Source: Bacteroidaceae bacterium
GTDB taxonomy: Bacteria; Bacteroidota; Bacteroidia; Bacteroidales; Bacteroidaceae
DNA: 64,000 nucleotides
Assembly (NCBI GenBank): GCA_024680695.1
Contig: JAILBW010000033.1
Coordinates: 1,068-65,067 of the forward strand
Direction of reading: 5' to 3'
Below are positions 1-8,574 of this stretch, piece by piece. Below the pieces are notes generated by a model. It saw only the letters and a list, made by a program, of their open reading frames with translations. It had not been told where the DNA came from and made no database searches. The translations under genes and the position numbers were made by a program. The first letter of the stretch is position 1, and every line of letters starts with the position of its first letter.

Positions 1-1405
1 GGGTGAGTATCTGATCGACGGGTTTGTCTATGCCGATGAGCTCGTTGATGGCGTCGGTGTTGTAGGCTTTTGCGAGTATCCAGTCTTGGATGTGGTCGCA
101 GAGTGGGGGCAGGAAGATGTCCTTGTAGTCGAGGCCGAGGTGATAGGTCTCGTTGTATGCGACCATGGTGAGCGGCAGGGCGCAGACGTAGCTTGTATAG
201 TTGCTCTTCACATAGTTGATCCATACCGTGGAGATGTCGAAGGGTGAGGCGCCTGCAGCCGTCAGGGCGATCTTGATGTCGGGGCGGTGCTCATCGATGA
301 AACGCTGGATGCCGATGGCCTGCATACCTGCGCTGGAATAACCGATGTTGGTGATGGGCAGGTCGCTGACGTCGTAGCCTTTCTCGCTCAGGATTTCCAT
401 TGCGGCATCCCAGCAGTCGAGACTCTCGATGGCGGTAATCTCGGGACAGCAGTAAGCCTGCGGCTGGTCGGCGGTAAGCGTCCATCCGTAGAGGTCGGAG
501 GAGATGGCGATGACGCGAGAGGCTGGGTTCATATAGACCTCGAGTTCGTACTGCGTATTCTGAGTGAGACGCTCCAGACGGCTGGCGTGAGTCCACTGTG
601 TGAGCATCATCAGTTGGCGAGCCGTGATTGTTTTGTTGAAGACGTTGCGCGGCATGTTGATGCTGCCGGTGAGGCGAACGGGCGTCTTTAGGTCGGGGCC
701 CACACTGGTGTATTCGAAGATGATTTGGTCGAAATCGCCTCGGAGCATGCCGTTGGTGACGGCTTCGAGGCACACCATCTGACGGTCGTGATTGACAATC
801 TTCCAGTCGAGGGAGTATTTGCGCTGCGGCGTACCGATGGTGGGGTCGATGTCGGATTCCTCGCTCGAGCCGCCGTGCCAGGTTTCGTCCCAGCTGTGGA
901 CAAGTGTCTTCTGGAACTCGGTGGCAGGGGAGAGGTGGTAGCGGACGTCCTCGTCGAAGCCGATGATCTGATTGCCAGAGGGTTTGAGGGTCCATTCGCT
1001 GGGGAAAGCATCGTCTTTACGGATGTTTTTAAGCCGGATGAGAATCGTCCCGTCGGAATTGGCCGTGTAGGTGAAAGCACCATCGGACGCTTTTCCGCCG
1101 ATTCTGCTGCCATATTGTTGGATGGGGTCGGGATGCTGTTCGTTGAGCATGAAGTTAATCCAGTAACCGCTGCCGTCGGACTCGAATTCGTAGTACTGAA
1201 CGGCCTTGGTGTAGGTCTCTGTGCCGTCGAGCTCGAAGTTGGGCACGGTGCCCGTTTTGTCGTATTCGGCATACCAGGCGCCGATGATCTTTTTCCCTAT
1301 GGGATTCTCGATGGAGTCGTCGTTGTTGCTGCACGATGTCAGCGTGAGCGCGGTGCCGCAAAGGATGAGGATGGCGGCCAGCATCCATAGTCGTAATTGT
1401 TTCAT
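1..1405 (-). CDS. Lipoprotein, alpha/beta-hydrolase (lipase-like) family; partial, C-terminus lies beyond the left edge
   Basis: The frame is open from ATG (complement 1403-1405) to the window edge; I checked every codon and found no stop. The N-terminus MKQLRLWMLAAILILCGTALTLTSC is a signal peptide plus lipobox. The distal part parallels neighbour 1438-3084 (SDLYGW vs PDYEGY; GYSSAG vs GFSQGG nucleophile elbow). Confidence 0.7.
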   Translation of the reverse strand, partial: MKQLRLWMLAAILILCGTALTLTSCSNNDDSIENPIGKKIIGAWYAEYDKTGTVPNFELDGTETYTKAVQYYEFESDGSGYWINFMLNEQHPDPIQQYGSRIGGKASDGAFTYTANSDGTILIRLKNIRKDDAFPSEWTLKPSGNQIIGFDEDVRYHLSPATEFQKTLVHSWDETWHGGSSEESDIDPTIGTPQRKYSLDWKIVNHDRQMVCLEAVTNGMLRGDFDQIIFEYTSVGPDLKTPVRLTGSINMPRNVFNKTITARQLMMLTQWTHASRLERLTQNTQYELEVYMNPASRVIAISSDLYGWTLTADQPQAYCCPEITAIESLDCWDAAMEILSEKGYDVSDLPITNIGYSSAGMQAIGIQRFIDEHRPDIKIALTAAGASPFDISTVWINYVKSNYTSYVCALPLTMVAYNETYHLGLDYKDIFLPPLCDHIQDWILAKAYNTDAINELIGIDKPVDQILT

Positions 1406-1417
1406 AACGTTATTTTT

Positions 1418-1448
1418 TAATCCTTAATCCCTAATCTTTAATCCTTAA
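1418..1448. repeat. Heptamer microsatellite (TAATCYY) x4 plus a partial unit
   Basis: Reads taatcct taatccc taatctt taatcct taag. It overlaps the stop codon and last codons of CDS 1438-3084. Confidence 0.85.
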
Positions 1449-3084
1449 GATCATTGATAATTCGTGGAATATCCGTCTCAAATGTGCTGGTGCCAGGTTT
1501 CCAACTCCCGTTCAGCATTTCTTCGACCATCTCGTCGTGTGCGACAAGGAAGAATGCTTTTCCCATGTCGCCATGGTCGTAATAATTGATGCCTCTAATA
1601 TATTTGGCCTTGTTTTCTCCCCATTTGTTGTTGATGCTCGACAGGTTGTCGTAGGGGACCACTGTGTCATACTTTCCGTGTAAGAAAGAGAATTGGCAGG
1701 GGAGTGAGAGGGTCATGTTGGTGTATCCCATGTTAACCTTAATTTTCAGGTCTTGCGGTTTGAAGTTGTAAGCGAGGCTGTTTTTCTCCAAGCAGAAGCG
1801 CAGTGCCTTCAGTTTCTTCAATAACTCGGGATTGTTGGCAGGTTCCGTACCGTTCCGGAAGTATTGATACGTCTCCTTGTTGAGTACCTGATCGGTGGGC
1901 AGGGAGCCGTCGGCGTTGATTGTAAACGTTCCGGGATGATCCTTGTTGTAATCCTTGAGCGCACCCGAACAGCCGTCGGTGGTATAGAGCTTCGATGCGA
2001 TGCGATCGAAGATGCCCGACTTGTAGAAAGCATCGGAGACGAAGTCGTCCACCTTCAGTCCTGCCTTGATGGCATACTCATCGGTATCGCACAAGCCTTT
2101 CAGCATCAGTGCCGGTGCTACAGGCATCGACAGCCAGTTTTCTTTGCAATAGAACTGCAGTGTGGCGAGCGGGTCGTAAGGGCCATCGCCGCAAACGGCT
2201 CCAGCGATGTGAAACGATGCAGTCTCTATCCATTTTTCTTTGGAATGTTCCAGCCAGTAGCGGTAGGTGGCAGCTGCTACAGCGCCTCCCTGCGAGAATC
2301 CCTCCACGACTACATTTCTTGAAGCAAACTCTTCGCCGTGCGATCCGGTGAACCAGTTCATGCCCACGATGAGCGCTTTTAGGGTTTGGCGGGCCTGTAC
2401 CTCACGGTTCAGGTAGGGGTGTGTGGCATCTTTCGAAGCTCCATAGCCTTCGTAGTCGGGCATTATCACCAGATAATTGCTTGTCGTAGCCCACTCTGCT
2501 CCCAGAAGGCAGGCATCGCTCATTCCCTGGAAACCAGTATTCGTAGGCCGTTCATGGTCGGAAGTGATGGTGTAGTGGCATCCCAGGATGATGTTCTTGG
2601 CATCGATATTGACGAAAAAGCGGGTGGGATAGACAACGAGCAGCGACATCCGCTTATACTTACCGTCGGCACCTTTGTCGGTATAATTGAGTGTGACTCG
2701 ACCCATCTCTAAGAGTTGTCCCGTAATGGCCACTTTACTGTTGCCTGGATTGGTCGCAACAATCGAGTCGGCAGTTTGTTCTGCAAACGCCTGCAGGTCG
2801 TCATACTTTTTCTTGTAAAACGCCAGCATGCTCTTTTCCTCGTCGCTGTTGGCATCGGAACTGTTGGCGATGCGTTTCTCGATTTCGTCAAGCACATTGA
2901 AGGTTGTTTTCTCGACCACCTCGACATCCGCGGCATCATACTTGAAATACGCATTTCGTTCGGCTTCCTCGGGAGTGATGTTCTGTGTTTCCTCGTCATC
3001 GTCCGAACAGGAGGTGGTGAACAATCCTCCAAGCACTGCCATAAGGAACAGGCAACAGACGTACCATTTCATTTGTCTTTTCAT
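1438..3084 (-). CDS. Lipoprotein alpha/beta-hydrolase (secreted lipase/esterase-like)
   Basis: 548-aa ORF with signal peptide and lipobox (LFTTSC), a GFSQGG serine-hydrolase elbow, and a paralog upstream. Confidence 0.75.
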   Translation of the reverse strand: MKRQMKWYVCCLFLMAVLGGLFTTSCSDDDEETQNITPEEAERNAYFKYDAADVEVVEKTTFNVLDEIEKRIANSSDANSDEEKSMLAFYKKKYDDLQAFAEQTADSIVATNPGNSKVAITGQLLEMGRVTLNYTDKGADGKYKRMSLLVVYPTRFFVNIDAKNIILGCHYTITSDHERPTNTGFQGMSDACLLGAEWATTSNYLVIMPDYEGYGASKDATHPYLNREVQARQTLKALIVGMNWFTGSHGEEFASRNVVVEGFSQGGAVAAATYRYWLEHSKEKWIETASFHIAGAVCGDGPYDPLATLQFYCKENWLSMPVAPALMLKGLCDTDEYAIKAGLKVDDFVSDAFYKSGIFDRIASKLYTTDGCSGALKDYNKDHPGTFTINADGSLPTDQVLNKETYQYFRNGTEPANNPELLKKLKALRFCLEKNSLAYNFKPQDLKIKVNMGYTNMTLSLPCQFSFLHGKYDTVVPYDNLSSINNKWGENKAKYIRGINYYDHGDMGKAFFLVAHDEMVEEMLNGSWKPGTSTFETDIPRIINDLKD

Positions 3085-3121
3085 CGCTGTAAGCTTTTAT
3101 TTGTTAATTCTTAATTCATAT

Positions 3122-3153
3122 TTGGTCGTTTGGGTGATTGGTCGTTTGGGGAT
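3122..3153. repeat. 2 x 16-bp tandem repeat (TTGGTCGTTTGGGKGA)
   Basis: Direct reading, in the intergenic region upstream of CDS 1438-3084. Confidence 0.8.
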
Positions 3154-3175
3154 TATTCACTATTCTCTTTTTCCC

Positions 3176-4963
3176 TTAAAGGGGACTGGTCTCTCCTACA
3201 AAGGGGGAGTTGGAGGGTGCTTTTGCAAAGAACTCTTCGGGACTGGTGCGGTAGAGGTTGCCGAAGTGGTCGGCATTCACCAGACGGACATGCGAACCTA
3301 TCGTGCTCCTTTGGCAGTAGAGGTAGAGGTCGCGGTAGGTGGTGGCGACATCATTTGTGAGACAGCGCACCACATTCAGCGTGAAGCGGTCGCACATCCA
3401 GGTGCCATAGCGTCCCAGGAAAGCGTTCCAGTTCTCGGCCCACGACTGCTCGTCGCCGCTGGCTCCAGCAATTGCCAGCACACCTGTAATTCCTTGCAGG
3501 TGCTGTATTACTCCCTCGCTGTAGCACGGTTCTACGATGGCCAGCAGTTTGCGGCAGGACATTTGTTCCACCGTCTGGCGCATCCGTTCGGCGGTGAATC
3601 CCTCTCCTGCAGGCGTTTCGAGCCACACCAGTTCGTTGGCACCGCCATTACTGGTGTTGCGTCCGTGACCGCTCCAGTATAGCAGCACATTCGTTCCTTC
3701 GTCTTGCGGCAAGACAATAGGCAGATGGGGTGATTGCAGGCCAAGAAGGATGTCGGAAATGTCGGAAGCCGAGAGGCTGTCGGTGGAGTAATCGACTGCG
3801 GCGGCGGGATATTCGCTGTCGAATCTATGCCCATCGCCAAATGTTTCTCGCCATTTTTCGTTCTCCTCGGCATCGGTGCCGCCCATCAGGTCGTGGCCTA
3901 CAGGCGAGTTGCGGATGACGCCCGGCTCGTTGTTCTGCGGGTCGAGAGCCAGCGCACCATCCAGTATCAGGATGATATGGTCGTCGTCGAAGCCATTCTG
4001 GCGGAGCAACTGGTAAACCGACAGCACATCGGCCTGATGGCGATAGTTGTTCATGCCGTTGCTGCCCTGAACGAGTACGGCGTATTGGCCGGTGAGGGTG
4101 GGGTAGTGGATGCTCATATCCTGGTCGGCGGCCATATCGGCAAAGTCTTTCTGGGCGGCCTCGTCGTCGTAGAATGGTTCCCACGACACCGAGGAACTCG
4201 TTACATGCTTGCTGTCTGGGCCGTAGTAGGTCAGGTGGCGAATGCGGCCATTATCTATCTGCCAAAGCAGGTAGGTGGTTTGTGCAATCTGTGTGCAACA
4301 CTCTATATCAAAAATGATATAGCCCGAGGCGCCGCAGAATGCTGGCCAGGAGAGCATGGACAGGTCGTTGAGATATTGTCGCAGAGCATTTCCGCGCCAG
4401 ATGGGTTGGTCGTCTTGGGCGGGAGAGCCGTTCCGTCCCTTGCCCAGAATGTGTATCAATGTGTTCGTCAGCTCGTTTCTGGTCAATGGTCCGTAGAAGC
4501 CAGGAGCAATTGTTTCGATGTATTCGTTCAAGTAGGAGGTAAGGGCCGGAAGCAGCAGGGCATCGTAGAACTTACATTCGGCAAAGGTGGGTTTCGTGCC
4601 GAAGCGTGTCTCGTAGGCCTGTTCGAAGCCTGTTCTCGGGTCGGCGTAAGGCATGAATCCCTGATAGCCTTGAAGTTCCGTCGTGCCCGACTTGCCCAGT
4701 GCCGCCAGTCCCTCTTCGCTGAGCGACGGGAAAACGAAATATGTGCGGTAGGTCGCTTCCACGATTTCTTGGCTCTCGATGGCGTCCTTCCACCATTCCC
4801 GACGCAGGCGAGCTACGTCGAGCAGCTGCTGGGTGGTCTCGGCTATGCAAAAATTGTTGGCCAGCATGTCGCGCTCGCCAATCTGGTTCAGGTAGTCGGT
4901 CATGCTGCTTAGCAGCTGGTCGGTGGTGGAATATCGGGCGTTGCAGCGCAGGCCGACATTCAT
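3176..4963 (-). CDS. C13 (legumain-like) cysteine peptidase with the distal part of a periplasmic-binding-protein-like domain; downstream fragment of an interrupted gene
   Basis: YAVLVQGSNGMNNYRHQADV, LLYWSGHG and EPCYSEG match the legumain His-Gly / Cys catalytic dyad pattern. No signal peptide of its own. In frame with 4991-5614 across one TAA. Confidence 0.8.
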   Translation of the reverse strand: MNVGLRCNARYSTTDQLLSSMTDYLNQIGERDMLANNFCIAETTQQLLDVARLRREWWKDAIESQEIVEATYRTYFVFPSLSEEGLAALGKSGTTELQGYQGFMPYADPRTGFEQAYETRFGTKPTFAECKFYDALLLPALTSYLNEYIETIAPGFYGPLTRNELTNTLIHILGKGRNGSPAQDDQPIWRGNALRQYLNDLSMLSWPAFCGASGYIIFDIECCTQIAQTTYLLWQIDNGRIRHLTYYGPDSKHVTSSSVSWEPFYDDEAAQKDFADMAADQDMSIHYPTLTGQYAVLVQGSNGMNNYRHQADVLSVYQLLRQNGFDDDHIILILDGALALDPQNNEPGVIRNSPVGHDLMGGTDAEENEKWRETFGDGHRFDSEYPAAAVDYSTDSLSASDISDILLGLQSPHLPIVLPQDEGTNVLLYWSGHGRNTSNGGANELVWLETPAGEGFTAERMRQTVEQMSCRKLLAIVEPCYSEGVIQHLQGITGVLAIAGASGDEQSWAENWNAFLGRYGTWMCDRFTLNVVRCLTNDVATTYRDLYLYCQRSTIGSHVRLVNADHFGNLYRTSPEEFFAKAPSNSPFVGETSPL

Positions 4964-4990
4964 ATTGCGGGTGTGGAATGGGGCCCAGTC

Positions 4991-5614
4991 TTAGAATGTC
5001 TGCCCGTAATTGTCTGTGGGTGAGAAAACGGCGCACGAAAGCTCCCCCATCTGGCTTATTTTTCCCATCCAGGTGACGTAGTGGGTCAACATAGTCTCGG
5101 CCAGAGCGACGTCGCTCTCGCAGAGCGGCCAGAAGAAGGCACCCTTGTTCACCTCTTCGTCTTTTCCGGCTGTCGATACAGCATAGCGGCGCAGGATGTT
5201 CTCGCTGGTGGTGGTCGGAGCGATGAGTGGTTTGTGAGTCTTCTGGCAGGCAGGGGCGAATCGCGCCATATTCTCGTTGCCGAAAGGTCCCACAATGGCT
5301 GTGACGTCGTCACGATCGGCCAGCTTGCGGCTCAGCGCATCGAGGTCTTCCTTCAGCTCGTCGTACCACTCCAGCTTGAGTCGCACCGTCAGTGTGTCGC
5401 CCTGTTGTGCTTCGCGGAAGTTCTCAGCAAACCATTTCGCCGTGCGCTCCAGGCGTGTCTTCGTGGCGGCATCGCCGATGGGAGCCACCACAGCCACCGT
5501 CCGGACAATCTCGTTGCTCTCCGGCGTAGGTTCGTCGGAACTATCACTCTTCTCGCTGCACGATGTCAGCAGGGCAAGGGCGACAACAGAGATGATTCGG
5601 AATCTGTAATTCAA
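4991..5614 (-). CDS. Lipoprotein N-terminal fragment, type-1 periplasmic-binding-protein-like domain; upstream fragment of an interrupted gene
   Basis: TTG start, signal peptide plus lipobox (ALLTSC). VAVVAPIGD...IVGPFGNE resembles Leu/Ile/Val-type ligand-binding proteins. Ends at a TAA that is in frame with 3176-4963. Confidence 0.65.
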   Translation of the reverse strand: MNYRFRIISVVALALLTSCSEKSDSSDEPTPESNEIVRTVAVVAPIGDAATKTRLERTAKWFAENFREAQQGDTLTVRLKLEWYDELKEDLDALSRKLADRDDVTAIVGPFGNENMARFAPACQKTHKPLIAPTTTSENILRRYAVSTAGKDEEVNKGAFFWPLCESDVALAETMLTHYVTWMGKISQMGELSCAVFSPTDNYGQTF

Positions 5615-5636
5615 AACCTTATAACCTCAAAACCTG
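5613..5636. repeat. Octamer microsatellite x3 (reverse complement of the GAGGTTWT family)
   Basis: Reads aaaacctt ataacctc aaaacctg. It lies between an OMP stop and the lipoprotein start codon. Confidence 0.75.
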
Positions 5637-5638
5637 AA

Positions 5639-6235
5639 TCAGAACTTGTATCTCACGCCGATGAGGGCGATGCCTTGTTCGCCGAAGCCGAACTCGACGA
5701 ATCCGCGCACTTGAGGGCTGCCGGCCTCGAGTCCAAGGAGCGATGCCTGCCAATTGACATGTACGGCCGACTCTGTGTCGGTGTTTGCGCCGGGTGTGTC
5801 GCAATCGATGCTCTCGGTGCGCAGCGTGGCGCCCACTGCGAGCTTCGAATACATCCCGAAGCACTTCTTGCGCAGCCAGTCGAACTTCACTGCGGGCATG
5901 AGGGTGAAGTAGTTGTGGGTGTACTTGCCGTCCTTCGTCCCTGCGGTGTAGATGTCCTGCGTATTGCGCCCGTAGGCGAAGATGCCGCCGACTCCGAGCC
6001 AGTTCTTGGCGTGATAGAAGTACTCGGCGGTCAGGGGACCGAAGTATTTCTCGTTCTCGTACTTGGCTCCGAACATGACGGTGGTTATCTCCTCGAGTAC
6101 GTCAATCCACTGGGAGTTAGCCAGGTAGCCGTAGGTGACGGCCATTTCGTGCTTCGTATCGTCGTAACCCTCCTGTGCGTTCACGGTCGCAGCAGTCATC
6201 AGGGCAACTGCGGCCAGCAAAAGCGTTCTTTTCAT
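5639..6235 (-). CDS. Outer-membrane beta-barrel protein (OmpW/porin-like)
   Basis: 198 aa, signal peptide ending AQE, alternating aromatic/hydrophobic beta-strand pattern, C-terminal ...VRYKF. Confidence 0.6.
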   Translation of the reverse strand: MKRTLLLAAVALMTAATVNAQEGYDDTKHEMAVTYGYLANSQWIDVLEEITTVMFGAKYENEKYFGPLTAEYFYHAKNWLGVGGIFAYGRNTQDIYTAGTKDGKYTHNYFTLMPAVKFDWLRKKCFGMYSKLAVGATLRTESIDCDTPGANTDTESAVHVNWQASLLGLEAGSPQVRGFVEFGFGEQGIALIGVRYKF

Positions 6236-6279
6236 AGTCTCTGCGTATTGTTTCGAATTATTGTCCTCATTTTAGATGA

Positions 6280-6287
6280 CAAATATA
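6280..6287 (-). promoter_or_regulatory. Bacteroidota -7 promoter element TATATTTG
   Basis: Matches TAnnTTTG about 45 nt upstream of ATG 6235 on the minus strand. Confidence 0.5.
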
Positions 6288-6505
6288 CGACTTTTCTCCG
6301 TACTGCCGCCCTTTTTGGTAAAAAAAAGGGCGAAGTGTGGCGCAAGAAACCTCAGACTTCATCCGACCATTTCCCGCCACTCTGCAGCTCAAACCATGTT
6401 CTGCTCCGTCCATTTTGCTAAACGAATGCTTTGCATTTGCACTTTGGACTAAAAAACCGCCCCCAACGCAATAAAGCCAGCCTCGAGCGCGTTATATAAT
6501 AAGGT

Positions 6506-7213
6506 ATGAAACGTTTCGTGTGGCTCCTGCTTGCAGCCCTGTTCGTCTGCGTGCCCGCTGCGGCACAGACGCGCAAGGTGCAGAATCGTCCCTATCTCGA
6601 CCAGAGGCGGTTGCATTATGGTTTTCTCTTCGGCTTTCAGATTCAGGACCTCGAGCTGCGCAACAACGGATATATCGACCCTGCGACGGGGCAGCAGTGG
6701 TATGCCGACATCGACAACTACAATCCCGGATTCAGCGTCGGAGTGCTGGGCGAACTGCGGCTCAGCACACACCTCGCCCTTCGTGTCAGCCCCACGATGC
6801 ACTTCGGACAGAAGCATGCGCTCTTCCACGAACAGACCTCCGGACGCGACAGCACGCAGAACCTCAAGAGCTCCATCATCTCCGTACCCGTCGACCTGAA
6901 GATGGCTGCACCCCGCTACAACAACTTCCGCCCCTACTTCATTGCCGGCGTCTGCCCGCAGGTGGACCTCACCACCCACAAGCATCGCGCGCTGATGATG
7001 AAGCCCTTCGACCTTTGTCTCGAAGTCGGTATGGGCTGCGACATCTATCTGCCTTACTTCAAGCTGATTCCCGAACTGAAGTTCTCGTTCGGCTTGGCCG
7101 ATATCCTACAGAAAAAGCGCACCGACCTCATCGACGGTACGCTCATGAAGTTCACCAATGGGCTCGACAGCGCCCACTCGAAGATGATTGTCCTTACGCT
7201 CTATTTTGAGTAA
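6506..7213 (+). CDS. porT: PorT-family outer-membrane beta-barrel protein (T9SS-associated)
   Basis: 235 aa, signal peptide. RPYLDQRRLHYGFLFGFQIQDLEL and overall size fit my memory of PorT/SprT-family proteins. Not verified by HMM. Confidence 0.55.
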   Translation: MKRFVWLLLAALFVCVPAAAQTRKVQNRPYLDQRRLHYGFLFGFQIQDLELRNNGYIDPATGQQWYADIDNYNPGFSVGVLGELRLSTHLALRVSPTMHFGQKHALFHEQTSGRDSTQNLKSSIISVPVDLKMAAPRYNNFRPYFIAGVCPQVDLTTHKHRALMMKPFDLCLEVGMGCDIYLPYFKLIPELKFSFGLADILQKKRTDLIDGTLMKFTNGLDSAHSKMIVLTLYFE

Positions 7214-7232
7214 GGCATAAGGTGAGTGTGTG

Positions 7233-8435
7233 CTATCTGAGTCTTCCCAGCGCTTCCTTGATGCGACGCATAGCCTCGACGATATTCTCGTCGCTGGTGG
7301 CGTAGCTCATGCGGAAGCAGTCGGGGGAGCCGAAGGCATCGCCGCCGACGGTGGCAACGTGGCCCACTTCGAGCAGATACATAGCCAGATCGGTGGAGCA
7401 GTGTATCACTCGCTCGCTCTCCATATCCATCTTGCCGAAGAAGCTGCTGCACTTGGGGAAGAGGTAGAAGGCGCCCTGCGGGTCGTTCACCTCGAGTCCG
7501 GGAATCTCGCGTGCGAGGCGCACGATGAGGTTCTTGCGACGCTCGAAGGCCTGACGCATCTCCTCGACGCACTCCTGCGGTCCGGCAAATGCGGCTTCGG
7601 CAGCTTTCTGGCTTACGGAGCAGGGTCCGCTGGTGTATTGTCCCTGCAGCTTGTTGCAGCCCTTGACGATCCATTCGGGTGCGGCGATGAATCCGATGCG
7701 CCAGCCCGTCATAGCGTAGGCTTTGCTCACTCCGTTGATGAGCACTACGCGGTCCTTGATGTCGGGGAACTGTGCCATCGAGGCATGCTCGCCCACGTAG
7801 TTGATGTGCTCGTAGATCTCGTCGGCAATCACGATGACGCGCTCGTGGCGGAGCAGTACGTTCTTCAGTGCCTCCAGTTCGCTGCGGCTGTACACGCTGC
7901 CTGTGGGGTTGCTGGGCGAACAGAGTATCAGGGCGCGGGTCTTGGGGGTGATGGCGGCCTCGAGTTGCTGCGGAGTGATCTTGAAGTCCTGCTCGATGGT
8001 GGCTTCGACATAGACGGGTGTTCCTTCGGCGAGGAGCACCATCTGGGGGTAGCTGACCCAGTAGGTAGCGGGGATGATGACTTCGTCGCCTGCGTTCACG
8101 AGGGCCATGATGGTGTTGCAGACGCTCTGCTTGGCGCCGTTGCTGCACAGTATCTGGGCGGGCGAATACTCGAGGCCGTTTTCGCGGCGTAGTTTCTCGA
8201 CGATGGCCTTGCGCAGCTCGGGGTATCCGGGTACGGGGCTGTAGCGGCTGTAGTTGTCCTCGACGGCCTTGATGGCTGCGGCCTTGATGTGGTCGGGGGT
8301 GTTGAAGTCGGGTTCGCCCACGCTCATGTTTATCACGTCTACGCCCTGAGCCTTCAGCTCGCTGCTGCGCTGGCTCATAGCCAAAGTGGCACTTGGTGCC
8401 AGTCGGTTCATTCGTTCTGATAGTTCACAAATCAT
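7233..8435 (-). CDS. PLP-dependent aminotransferase, class I (aspartate aminotransferase-like)
   Basis: 400 aa with the SKAYAMTGWRIG lysine motif and NPTG. Confidence 0.9.
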   Translation of the reverse strand: MICELSERMNRLAPSATLAMSQRSSELKAQGVDVINMSVGEPDFNTPDHIKAAAIKAVEDNYSRYSPVPGYPELRKAIVEKLRRENGLEYSPAQILCSNGAKQSVCNTIMALVNAGDEVIIPATYWVSYPQMVLLAEGTPVYVEATIEQDFKITPQQLEAAITPKTRALILCSPSNPTGSVYSRSELEALKNVLLRHERVIVIADEIYEHINYVGEHASMAQFPDIKDRVVLINGVSKAYAMTGWRIGFIAAPEWIVKGCNKLQGQYTSGPCSVSQKAAEAAFAGPQECVEEMRQAFERRKNLIVRLAREIPGLEVNDPQGAFYLFPKCSSFFGKMDMESERVIHCSTDLAMYLLEVGHVATVGGDAFGSPDCFRMSYATSDENIVEAMRRIKEALGRLR

Positions 8436-8440
8436 AGATT

Positions 8441-8552
8441 GAGGTTTTGAGGTTATGAGGTTTTGAGGTTATGGGGTTATGAGGTTTTGAGGTTATGAGG
8501 TTTTGAGGTTATGGGGTTATGAGGTTATGAGGTTATGGGGTTATGAGGTTTT
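8441..8552. repeat. 14 in-phase octamers (GRGGTTWT), including a 40-bp higher-order duplication
   Basis: Units 1-5 (8441-8480) equal units 6-10 (8481-8520). The array fills the ribBA-aminotransferase spacer. Confidence 0.95.
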
Positions 8553-8574
8553 GAGCGCAAGGGTTCAAGGGTCC

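Noticed and set aside
8441-8552. Possible CRISPR array, because of regular short repeats; 18915-19160 was considered for the same reason.
   Set aside because: The units are contiguous with no unique spacers, are far shorter than (8 bp) or unlike (87 bp with no spacer) CRISPR repeats, and no cas genes are in the window.
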